This document shows, in pieces, positions 56,371-64,000 of a stretch of DNA of 64,000 nucleotides. How positions within the stretch are numbered: position 1 is the stretch's first letter; the number at the start of each line of letters is the position of its first letter. The DNA is from Alphaproteobacteria bacterium. GTDB taxonomy: Bacteria; Pseudomonadota; Alphaproteobacteria; Micavibrionales; UBA2020. Below the pieces are notes generated by a model that saw only the letters and a program-made list of their open reading frames with translations, was not told the DNA's origin and did no database searches. A program made the position numbers and the translations under genes. The stretch lies in assembly GCA_035437825.1 (NCBI GenBank), contig DAOMYX010000006.1, positions 3,332 to 67,331 of the forward strand, read 5' to 3'.

Positions 56371-57999
56371 ATGTCGATGTCCGGACGTAACGATTGGTGG
56401 CGCGGCGCGGTTGTGTACCAGATTTATCCGCGCAGTTTTAACGACAGCAACGCAGACGGCATCGGCGATATCAAGGGCATCACGGCGAAGATGGATTACA
56501 TCGCGTCGCTCGGCGTTGATGCGGTGTGGCTGTCGCCGTTTTTCACATCCCCCATGGTCGATTTCGGTTATGACGTGTCGGATTACAAAAACGTGGACCC
56601 GATGTTCGGCACGCTGGACGATTTCGACGAAATGCTGCGCGAAATGCACAAACGCGGGCTGAAGCTGATTATCGACGTGGTTTTGAGCCATACGTCCGAC
56701 AAACACCCGTGGTTCGTCGAAAGCCGCAAAAGCCGCGATAACGACAAATCCGACTGGTACGTCTGGGCAGACCCCAAAGACGACGGCACGCCGCCCAATA
56801 ACTGGATGTCAGTTTTCGGCGGCTCTTCGTGGCAATACGACACCAAACGCGGCCAGTATTATTACCACCAGTTTTTGAAAGAGCAGCCCGACCTCAACGT
56901 GCGCAACATGGCCGTGCAGGACGCGCTTTTGGATGTGTGCCGTTTCTGGCTGGAACGCGGGGTGGACGGCTTTCGCCTCGATGCGCTCAACCACTGCATC
57001 CATGACGCACAGCTCCGCGACAACCCGCCGCTCGAAGGCTTCGACCGCAAACAATCCAGCGGCCGCCAGACCCACCCCTATTACTGGCAGCGCCACCTGT
57101 ACGACAAGACGCAGCCCGAAATGATTCCCTTCATCAAGCGCCTGCGCAAGCTGACGGACGAATACGAAGGCCGCTTCATGGTTGCGGAAATCGGCGACGA
57201 CTTCCAGATTAAAACCAGCGTTGATTATACCGACGGCCCCGACAAGCTGCACACCGCCTATAACTTCGCGCTGCTGGGCCCCGGCGTTTACAACACCAAA
57301 TCCCTGCGCGGTGCGGTCGAAGAATATCTGGCCGCGGGCGAGAAAAGCTGGCCGTCATGGGCTTTCGCCAATCACGACGTCGTGCGCGTGGCGTCGCGCT
57401 GGGCGGTCGATGGCAAACCGGATGCGGAGCAATCGAAGCTCCTCTCCGCCCTTGTCACCACGCTGCGCGGCACGTCGTTTATTTATCAGGGCGAAGAGCT
57501 TGGCCTGACCGAAGCGGATATCCCGTTCGAGCTGCTGCAAGACCCCTTCGGCATTTTCCTCTGGCCCGAAGACAAAGGCCGCGACGGCTGCCGCACGCCC
57601 TTCCCGTGGGACGGGCAAAAAGCGAATGCGGGTTTTTCCGACGCCGCGACGACATGGCTGCCCGTGCCGATTGAACATCTGGCCAAAGCCGCCGCGCAGC
57701 AGGAAGCCGACGGCCACTCCCCGCTGCATTTCGTGCGCGGTTTCCTGAAATGGCGCAAGGCGCATGCGGCGCTTGTCACGGGCGACATCAAGTTTTTTGA
57801 TACGCCGGACGGTACGCTCGGCTTCGTGCGCAGCCATGACAGCGGCGATGTTCTTTGCTGCTTCAACCTCGGCAATGCGCCCGCATCCATCGACCTGCCC
57901 ATGGATTCAACCCCCATGGACGGCCACGGCATGCACGCCAGCCTCGATGGCCGCAAACTGAGCCTGCCCGCCTTCGGCGGATATTTCGGGCGGGTGTAA
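56371..57999 (+). CDS. aglA: alpha-glucosidase / oligo-1,6-glucosidase-type GH13
   Basis: The start was re-picked at ATG 56371. WWRGAVVYQIYPRSFNDSNADGIGDIKGI, GVDAVWLSPFF, DVVLSHTS, GFRLDALNH and EIGD are canonical motifs. Confidence 0.9.
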   Translation: MSMSGRNDWWRGAVVYQIYPRSFNDSNADGIGDIKGITAKMDYIASLGVDAVWLSPFFTSPMVDFGYDVSDYKNVDPMFGTLDDFDEMLREMHKRGLKLIIDVVLSHTSDKHPWFVESRKSRDNDKSDWYVWADPKDDGTPPNNWMSVFGGSSWQYDTKRGQYYYHQFLKEQPDLNVRNMAVQDALLDVCRFWLERGVDGFRLDALNHCIHDAQLRDNPPLEGFDRKQSSGRQTHPYYWQRHLYDKTQPEMIPFIKRLRKLTDEYEGRFMVAEIGDDFQIKTSVDYTDGPDKLHTAYNFALLGPGVYNTKSLRGAVEEYLAAGEKSWPSWAFANHDVVRVASRWAVDGKPDAEQSKLLSALVTTLRGTSFIYQGEELGLTEADIPFELLQDPFGIFLWPEDKGRDGCRTPFPWDGQKANAGFSDAATTWLPVPIEHLAKAAAQQEADGHSPLHFVRGFLKWRKAHAALVTGDIKFFDTPDGTLGFVRSHDSGDVLCCFNLGNAPASIDLPMDSTPMDGHGMHASLDGRKLSLPAFGGYFGRV

Positions 58000-58020
58000 A
58001 AAGCGCTGCTTCATAAAAAC

Positions 58021-58054
58021 AAAAAACCCCGCCGGTTATCGGCGGGGTTTTTTG
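58021..58054. terminator. bidirectional intrinsic terminator (aglA / glk)
   Basis: Stem CCCCGCC/GGCGGGG flanked by A6 and T6. Confidence 0.8.
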
Positions 58055-58065
58055 TTTATGCGTTT

Positions 58066-59007
58066 TCAATCCAGATACTTCAACCCCTCCAGCCCCGGAT
58101 AGGGGTGCGTAATCACGCGCACGGGAATGGGGGCGAGGTAGTCTTTGAAGCGGCCTTTTTCAAGGAAGCTTTGCATGAAGCGCGAGGCCGCGAAATAGCT
58201 GCCAAGCCGCGGCACGATGCCCCCTGCGATATAAATGCCGCCGAACGCGCCATAGGTCAGCGCCACGTTGCCCGCGGCAACGCCAAGGAAATGGCAGAAC
58301 AAATCCAGCGTTTCGACGCAAACGGGGCAGCTGCGCGCCAGCGCCGCTTCGGTAATTTCCGCCGGCGTTTTTTCAGGCAGGTTCAGGCCGTCAAGACCGC
58401 AAAGACCGTGATAGATATTCACAAGGCCTTTGCCGGAAATCACCCGCTCCGCCGATATATGATGGTATTTGGTTTGTTTCAGCCATTCGAACAGGCGGAA
58501 TTCACGCTCGTTCGATGCGGGCATGGTGACATGGCCGCCCTCGGTCGTCACGGGCACAGGCGCACCGTCGCGGCCGAATACAACCGCGCCCACGCCAAGC
58601 CCCGTGCCGGGGCCGATGATACCGATGGGCGCGCCTTGGGCGCTTTCACCGCCGCCGACCTTGTAATAATCGGCCTCCGTCAAATGTGTAATACCAAGCG
58701 CGAGCGCCGTAAAATCGTTGATGACATCCAGCTTGTCAAACCCCAGCGCCTTGCGCGTGCCGGAGATGGAAAAGCTCCAGCCGTGGTTGGTCATCGACAC
58801 TTCGTCCGCACCGCTGAGCGGAATGGCGACGGCGAAAGCGCCCGTTTGCGGCTTTACCCCGCCCACGCGCGACAAATACGCCTGCGCGGCATCGGCCAAC
58901 GTCGGAAAATCATCGCAGGGCAGGACGTCGATATGCTCGATGCCCGCATCATTCGCAATCGCAAAACGCGCGTTGGTCGCCCCGATATCCGCAATCAGCC
59001 GTGACAT
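58066..59007 (-). CDS. glk: glucokinase
   Basis: The start was re-picked at ATG 59007. LIADIGATNARFAI, GPGTGLGV and GGIYIAGGIVPR are present. Confidence 0.9.
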   Translation of the reverse strand: MSRLIADIGATNARFAIANDAGIEHIDVLPCDDFPTLADAAQAYLSRVGGVKPQTGAFAVAIPLSGADEVSMTNHGWSFSISGTRKALGFDKLDVINDFTALALGITHLTEADYYKVGGGESAQGAPIGIIGPGTGLGVGAVVFGRDGAPVPVTTEGGHVTMPASNEREFRLFEWLKQTKYHHISAERVISGKGLVNIYHGLCGLDGLNLPEKTPAEITEAALARSCPVCVETLDLFCHFLGVAAGNVALTYGAFGGIYIAGGIVPRLGSYFAASRFMQSFLEKGRFKDYLAPIPVRVITHPYPGLEGLKYLD

Positions 59008-59032
59008 GTGCTGCACCCTTTTCTCTCCGTTA

Positions 59033-60211
59033 TCAGATTTTCGCCAAAGCTTCGTCGAGGTCCGCAATCAGGTCTTCGACGCTTTCGATGCCGACCGACA
59101 GGCGGATAAGCCCGTCGGAAATGCCCAGCGCCTCGCGCTGTTCTTTGGGCACCGACGCATGCGTCATGATGGCCGGATGCTCGATAAGGCTTTCAACACC
59201 GCCAAGGCTTTCGGCCAGCGTGAAGATTTTGCAGGCCGACAGCATGCGGCGCGACGCGTCAAGGTCGCCCTTCAAAACGGCCGTCACCATACCGCCAAAA
59301 CCGCGCATCTGGCGCTTGGCCAGTGCGTGTTGCGGATGGCTTGGCAGCCCCGGATACCAGACCTTTTCCACCTTCGGATGATGGCTCAGCCATTCCGCGA
59401 TTTTCATGGCGGAATGGCTGTGACGTTCCATGCGCACATCCAGCGTCTTCACGCCGCGCAGCGCCAGAAAACTGTCGAACGGGCCCAGAATACCGCCCGT
59501 CGCGTTCTGGATGAATTTCATGCGGTCGGCCAAATCCGCATTGTCGCCGACGATGGCAACGCCGCCGATGATGTCGGAATGTCCGCCGATATATTTCGTC
59601 GCGCTATGCACGACGATATCGACACCCATGGCAATGGGGCGCTGGTTCCACGGCGTTGCAAAGGTGTTATCGACCACGCTGATAAGATTTTTCTCGCGGG
59701 CGATTTTGGCGACGGCGGCAATGTCGGTCAGCTTCAGCATCGGGTTGGTCGGCGTTTCAATCCAGACCATTTTCGTATTCGGGCGGATGGCGGCGCGCAC
59801 GGCCTCGGCATCCGTCATGTCGATATAGGAAACTTCAAGCCCTGTCGTTTGCTTGCGCACCCGCTCGAACAGGCGGAAGCTGCCGCCGTAGAGGTCGTCG
59901 GACGCAATCATGTGCGCGCCCGCCGGCAGCACGTCCAGAACCGCGCACATCGCGGCAAGGCCGGAGCCGAAAGCGAAAGCCGCGCTGCCGTCTTCCAAAT
60001 CCGCCATGGCGCGTTCGAACGCATGGCGCGTCGGGTTGTGGCCGCGGGCATAGACGAAACCTTTATGTTCGCCCGGCGCGGATTGCGCGTATGTGGATGT
60101 CGCGTAAATCGGCACATTCACCGCGCCCGTCGTCGGGTCGTGCATCTGCCCGCCGTGGATGCAGCGCGTGGAGAAAGAGCGGTTTTTGCGGGAAGAAGAA
60201 GCAGAAGACAT
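59033..60211 (-). CDS. Cys/Met-metabolism PLP-dependent enzyme, cystathionine gamma-lyase/beta-lyase type
   Basis: 392 aa. VVHSATKYIGGHSD is the PLP-Lys region and YARGHNPTRHAFE is present. It lies directly downstream of a CBS gene, which favours a gamma-lyase role (inference). Confidence 0.85.
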   Translation of the reverse strand: MSSASSSRKNRSFSTRCIHGGQMHDPTTGAVNVPIYATSTYAQSAPGEHKGFVYARGHNPTRHAFERAMADLEDGSAAFAFGSGLAAMCAVLDVLPAGAHMIASDDLYGGSFRLFERVRKQTTGLEVSYIDMTDAEAVRAAIRPNTKMVWIETPTNPMLKLTDIAAVAKIAREKNLISVVDNTFATPWNQRPIAMGVDIVVHSATKYIGGHSDIIGGVAIVGDNADLADRMKFIQNATGGILGPFDSFLALRGVKTLDVRMERHSHSAMKIAEWLSHHPKVEKVWYPGLPSHPQHALAKRQMRGFGGMVTAVLKGDLDASRRMLSACKIFTLAESLGGVESLIEHPAIMTHASVPKEQREALGISDGLIRLSVGIESVEDLIADLDEALAKI

Positions 60212-61596
60212 CAGGCGACCTGACCTTTCAGATAAAGATGGTTAAGCATATCGACGCGCGTAACGACGCCCAGGAATTTATCATCGTCCACCACCATGAT
60301 GGCGCCGCCCTGCTGCAAAAGCGGCGCGGCGGTTTCAATCGGCGTATCCTTGGGCAGCACGGGCGCGGCTTCGCGCATCACATCGGCAACCGTGCCGGAC
60401 ATGGACGAATTTTTATCGCCCATGGTCATGCGGTTCAGCAGCGTTTTTTCATCGACCACGCCGACCAGACGCTTTGCAGCTTCGTCGAGCACCGGAAGCT
60501 GCGACACGTCGGCAAAGCGCATGCGTTTATAAGCCGTTTTCAGAGGGTCTGTCGCGCGCACGAAAATCGTATCGCCGGCATCGTGGCGGCGCATGACGAG
60601 GTCTTCGATAGCGCCCGTGGGCTTGCGCGGGGTGAAGCCCTGCTCCGACAGCCAGAAATCGCTGAAGGTCTTCGAAAGATACTTGTCGCCGCGGTCGCAA
60701 ATCAGCGTCACGACGCGCTTGGGCTCTTTCTGTTCGCGGCAGTATTTCAGCGCAGCGGCGGCCAGCGTGCCCGACGACGGGCCTGCCAGAATGCCTTCTT
60801 TCAAAAGCAGTTCGCGCGCAGTGGCGAGGCTTTCCTCGTCCGTAATCGTATAGGCTTTTTGGGTCAGCGACATATCAAGAATATCGGGAATAAAATCTTC
60901 GCCGATGCCTTCGACCAGCCACGAGCCGGGCTCGACCGTCTTGCCCTCGTTCACCAGCGGGGCAAGGATGGAGCCCGCGGGGTCCGCCAAAATCATTTCG
61001 GTTTTGGGGCTGTGTTTTTTCATGTAATTGCCGATGCCTGTCAGCGTACCGCCGGAGCCGACGCCGCAGATGATGACATCCACATCGCCTTCCATCTGCG
61101 TCAAAATTTCAGGCGCGGTATATTCGAAATGCGCCGCCACGTTGGCCGGGTTGGCGAATTGGTTGACGTAAAAACCGCCGGTTTCCTTGGCGATACGCGC
61201 CGCGACATCCTGATAATATTCCGGATGGCCGCGCACGACGTCGCTGCGCGCCACGCGCACGTCGGCGCCCATGGCTTTGCAGTGGAAAATTTTCTCCCGC
61301 GACATTTTATCGGGCACGACCAGAATGACTTTGTATCCTTTGAGCGCACCGATAAGCGTAAGGCCAAGGCCGGTGTTGCCGGCTGTCGCTTCGATAATCG
61401 TGCCGCCGGGCTTCAGCTTGCCCTCCTTCTCCGCCGCGTCAATCATCTGGCGGGCGATGCGGTCTTTGATAGAGCCGCCAGGGTTTTGCGATTCCAGCTT
61501 GGCGAACAGGCGGCAAGGGCCCGTATCGATGCGGGTAATCTCGACAAGCGGCGTATTGCCGATGAGCTGCAAAATGGCGGGCGGCTGGTTGGTCAT
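60211..61596 (-). CDS. cystathionine beta-synthase-like (PALP domain plus tandem CBS domains)
   Basis: 461 aa. NPGGSIKDRIA, EATAGNTGLGL and GVGSGGTLTG are followed by a C-terminal CBS pair. Confidence 0.85.
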   Translation of the reverse strand: MTNQPPAILQLIGNTPLVEITRIDTGPCRLFAKLESQNPGGSIKDRIARQMIDAAEKEGKLKPGGTIIEATAGNTGLGLTLIGALKGYKVILVVPDKMSREKIFHCKAMGADVRVARSDVVRGHPEYYQDVAARIAKETGGFYVNQFANPANVAAHFEYTAPEILTQMEGDVDVIICGVGSGGTLTGIGNYMKKHSPKTEMILADPAGSILAPLVNEGKTVEPGSWLVEGIGEDFIPDILDMSLTQKAYTITDEESLATARELLLKEGILAGPSSGTLAAAALKYCREQKEPKRVVTLICDRGDKYLSKTFSDFWLSEQGFTPRKPTGAIEDLVMRRHDAGDTIFVRATDPLKTAYKRMRFADVSQLPVLDEAAKRLVGVVDEKTLLNRMTMGDKNSSMSGTVADVMREAAPVLPKDTPIETAAPLLQQGGAIMVVDDDKFLGVVTRVDMLNHLYLKGQVA

Positions 61597-61739
61597 GGCG
61601 GTCTCTTATGTTGAAATTTTGCTGATTTTATAAAGCATTATGCGCAAAGTAAAACTTTTTCGCCGCGCACGCTTTACCCGAATATCCGCGCGCAAGATTG
61701 CGCGTGACTCGGCCTTTATAACTGGCTAAAACCTTGAAC

Positions 61740-62498
61740 ATGAAGCAGGAACAAGCCCCCCTTTCAAACCAGACCCCGCAAACGCTCTGGGTTTCATTGC
61801 GCAGTGCAGCAGAAAAACTCGCCGCCGAAGATGCCGTCTTCGCGCCGTTTTTGACGGATACGATTCTGTCCGCCGCGCATCTGGGCGATGCCATGGGCAG
61901 GCTGCTTTCGCAAAAACTGCAAACGCCACATTTCCCCGCCAGTGTTTTCCGCGACGCCTATGCCGCGCTATGGCTGCGCGGTGCGGAGACGCTTGGCGGT
62001 AAAATCGTGCGCGACATGCAAACGGTTTTGGCCAACGACCCCGCCGCGCATGACGCGCTGCGCCCGTTTTTGTTTTTCAAAGGATTTCACGCACTGCAAT
62101 GCCACCGCCTTGCGCATGACCTGTGGCATCACGGGCGGCAGCCGCTGGCGCTGCTTGTTCAAAACCGCGTGTCGGATTTGTTCGGCGTTGATATTCACCC
62201 CGCCGCGCGCATCGGCTGCGGCATCATGTTCGACCACGCGACAGGCATTGTGATTGGCGAAACCGCCGTTGTCGAAGACGATGTTTTGTTCTGGCACGGC
62301 GTGACGCTGGGCGGCCGCGCCTTCGCCCCCGAAGACCGCCACCCCAAAGTGCGCCAGGGCGCACAAATCGGCGCGGGCGCTACGATTTTGGGCAATATCG
62401 AGATTGGCGCGGGCGCAAAAATCGCCGCGGGCAGCGTGGTTGTAAAATCCGTCCCCGCCGGCGCGACCGCCGCAGGAACACCGGCGCGGATTATCTGA
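61740..62498 (+). CDS. cysE: serine O-acetyltransferase
   Basis: It has a SATase N-terminal helical domain and hexapeptide repeats (GVDIHPAARIGCGIMFDHATGIVIGETAVV...GAQIGAGATILGNIEIGAGAKIAAGSVV). ATG 61740 is preferred over TTG 61734. Confidence 0.9.
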   Translation: MKQEQAPLSNQTPQTLWVSLRSAAEKLAAEDAVFAPFLTDTILSAAHLGDAMGRLLSQKLQTPHFPASVFRDAYAALWLRGAETLGGKIVRDMQTVLANDPAAHDALRPFLFFKGFHALQCHRLAHDLWHHGRQPLALLVQNRVSDLFGVDIHPAARIGCGIMFDHATGIVIGETAVVEDDVLFWHGVTLGGRAFAPEDRHPKVRQGAQIGAGATILGNIEIGAGAKIAAGSVVVKSVPAGATAAGTPARII

Positions 62499-62516
62499 AG
62501 ATAGATGAGACCATCT

Positions 62517-62609
62517 AGACACCGGCCTGCGCCGGTGTGACAGCTTATTTTTACTGCGCATTCTTCGTTAGCGCAGAACCGCACGTCACACCGGCGCAGG
62601 CCGGTGTCC
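62517..62609. repeat. REP/BIME-like element: two inverted copies of the 25-nt unit
   Basis: AGACACCGGCCTGCGCCGGTGTGAC lies at 62517-62541 and GTCACACCGGCGCAGGCCGGTGTCC at 62585-62609. An internal hairpin CTGCGC-attcttcgtta-GCGCAG sits between them. Confidence 0.7.
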
Positions 62610-62641
62610 AGCAACGCGCGCCGTCCCGCCCAGCAGCCGCC

Positions 62642-63253
62642 TTAAATCCGCGCGGCGATTTCCTGCAACTGGCGCAGGTGAATGGCGTTGTGTTCCGCCA
62701 AAAGCCAATGCCACTGGCGCAGCGTAAACCCGCCAAACCAGGGATGCGCGTAGGTGAGCGCGCTATCCCGCTTTTCCGGCGGCACCGCCGTTTCGATTTG
62801 CGGCATCAGCGTCGATATAAAAGATTTATAATTCGCCAAAACGGTTTGCGCGGGCAGCTTGCCCAGCGGCTTCACGCGCGCGGTATCGGCACGGCCGGGC
62901 GGCACCTGCCCTTGCGACAAGCGGATGATGATATCGCGCATGCCCGTGCCGACAATCATCAGATGTTCCAGCGTCATGGCGGCAGACCAATAGCGAGAGC
63001 TGTCTTCGAGGCCGCGCAGGCGCGGCACCAGCACGCGTTTTTGCAGCTGGCCGTTATCCATTTTCTCGGCAATCGCCAGCAGCGCGCCGTTCGTATCGGC
63101 AAAACGCTGTGATACGTCCGCCCAATCCGCCTTGGCCGCCACACAGGGGCCGATGTAATGCCGCATGACCAGCCGCACATACCACGGCACGCCCGCGCCG
63201 GGCGCGGCAAGGCGGGATTCTATTTCCGCATCGCTCAAACCTTGTGTCTTCAT
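62642..63253 (-). CDS. DinB-family (four-helix-bundle metalloenzyme-like) protein
   Basis: 203 aa. The TLEHLMIV and LLAEHNAIHLRQL His-containing helices are typical of DinB_2-like proteins. Recognition is moderate. Confidence 0.6.
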   Translation of the reverse strand: MKTQGLSDAEIESRLAAPGAGVPWYVRLVMRHYIGPCVAAKADWADVSQRFADTNGALLAIAEKMDNGQLQKRVLVPRLRGLEDSSRYWSAAMTLEHLMIVGTGMRDIIIRLSQGQVPPGRADTARVKPLGKLPAQTVLANYKSFISTLMPQIETAVPPEKRDSALTYAHPWFGGFTLRQWHWLLAEHNAIHLRQLQEIAARI

Positions 63254-63254
63254 A

Positions 63255-64000
63255 TCAATCTTTTTTCTTTTGTTCGGTTTTTTTCACGCCCGTTTCCGGC
63301 GCAGGCACGGTGGCCGGCGTCCAACTGCCGCCGATAGCGCGTATCAGGCGCACGGTTTCGCGCAAACGTTCACCCTGAATCTGAATACCGCTGCGCTGCG
63401 CCTCAAGCGCGCTGCGGCGCGCGGTAATCGCTTCCAGATAGCCGACGTCGCCGTTTTCGTAGCGCATCCCCGCCAGCTCCGACGCACGTTTGGCCGCGCT
63501 TTCGGCCACGGCCTGCGACGATGCCTGACGCGACAGGGTTTTCAGGCGCGACAAGCTGTTTTCGACATCGCGGAAGGCGACCAGCACGCTCTGGCGGTAA
63601 TCGGCCACGGCTTCTTCGTAGACGGCTTTTTGACGATCCAGCGCCTTGATATTCTCCCCGCCCGCAAAAATCGGCAGCGTCAGCATGGGGCCGATGGCCC
63701 AGGTGCGGCTCGACCATTGAAACAGGTTCGACATGACGTTGGATTCAACCCCCGCGTTCCCCGTCAGCGACAAGGTGGGGAAGAACGATGCCTTCGCCAC
63801 ACCGATGCGCGCGTTTTCCGCGGCCAGTTTATATTGCGCGGCGGCGATATCGGGGCGGCGTTCCAGCACGCTGGACGGCACGCCCGCCGGAATGACCGGA
63901 ATACGGCGCGGCAGTTCCGACGGTTTCAGCGAAAACTCGCCCGGCGCCTTGCCCAGCAGCAGCGCGAGGGCGTGTTCCGCCTCTTTGCGCTGCTGGATGA
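63255..64000 (-). CDS. efflux outer-membrane factor lipoprotein (NodT/OprM family), C-terminal part; the gene continues beyond the window
   Basis: RRPDIAAAQYKLAAENARIGVAKASFFPTLSLTG and AIGPMLTLPIFAGG are present, with GGSW near the C-terminus. The reading frame stays open to the window edge. Confidence 0.8.
   Translation of the reverse strand, partial: IQQRKEAEHALALLLGKAPGEFSLKPSELPRRIPVIPAGVPSSVLERRPDIAAAQYKLAAENARIGVAKASFFPTLSLTGNAGVESNVMSNLFQWSSRTWAIGPMLTLPIFAGGENIKALDRQKAVYEEAVADYRQSVLVAFRDVENSLSRLKTLSRQASSQAVAESAAKRASELAGMRYENGDVGYLEAITARRSALEAQRSGIQIQGERLRETVRLIRAIGGSWTPATVPAPETGVKKTEQKKKD

Noticed and set aside
61597-61739. Possible SAM/SAH-type riboswitch in the CBS/cysE divergent intergenic region.
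   Set aside because: I could not find the conserved pseudoknot or core motifs of SAM-II, SAM-V or SAH riboswitches by eye. Only a short generic hairpin is present. This needs cmsearch to settle.

Overview
High-GC (by eye about 60%) bacterial chromosomal segment with dense, mostly housekeeping coding. I support about 60 CDS. I recognised no rRNA, tRNA, CRISPR array, transposase or integrase. Gene content looks alphaproteobacterial: a full cbb3 oxidase cluster ccoNOQP-ccoGHIS followed directly by hemN, plus bpt, motAB, TRAP transporter genes, and a TTAA-N7-TTAA box. The calls come from reading the supplied translations and the DNA, not from database searches. Start codons were re-picked where the longest ORF clearly over-extends. 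The one clearly accessory region is 9.5-12.9 kb. It is a visibly more AT-rich island carrying a complete DpnII-type (GATC) restriction-modification cassette in the order Dam-class methylase, second DpnA-like methylase, DpnII/MboI-like endonuclease. An uncharacterised polytopic membrane protein gene sits directly upstream and appears translationally coupled to it. Other points worth a second look: (1) a 25-nt palindromic REP-like element at three loci, twice as inverted pairs; (2) two unrelated genes whose last codons plus stop codon are tandemly triplicated next to those elements; (3) a Crp/Fnr regulator with no N-terminal Cys cluster but a C-terminal C-x2-C-x5-C motif, with TTGAC-N4-(A/G)TCAA boxes in front of ompW/fnr, ccoN and a DUF190 gene; (4) an operon of an ECF sigma factor, a membrane-spanning vWA protein and a small secreted protein; (5) an unusually large SPFH/flotillin-like protein with a Cys-containing insertion; (6) a catalytic-core-only GlgE-like GH13 enzyme next to aglA and glk. 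I cannot show that any of these is a truly undescribed system. The RM-coupled membrane gene and the stop-codon-spanning triplications are my best candidates.
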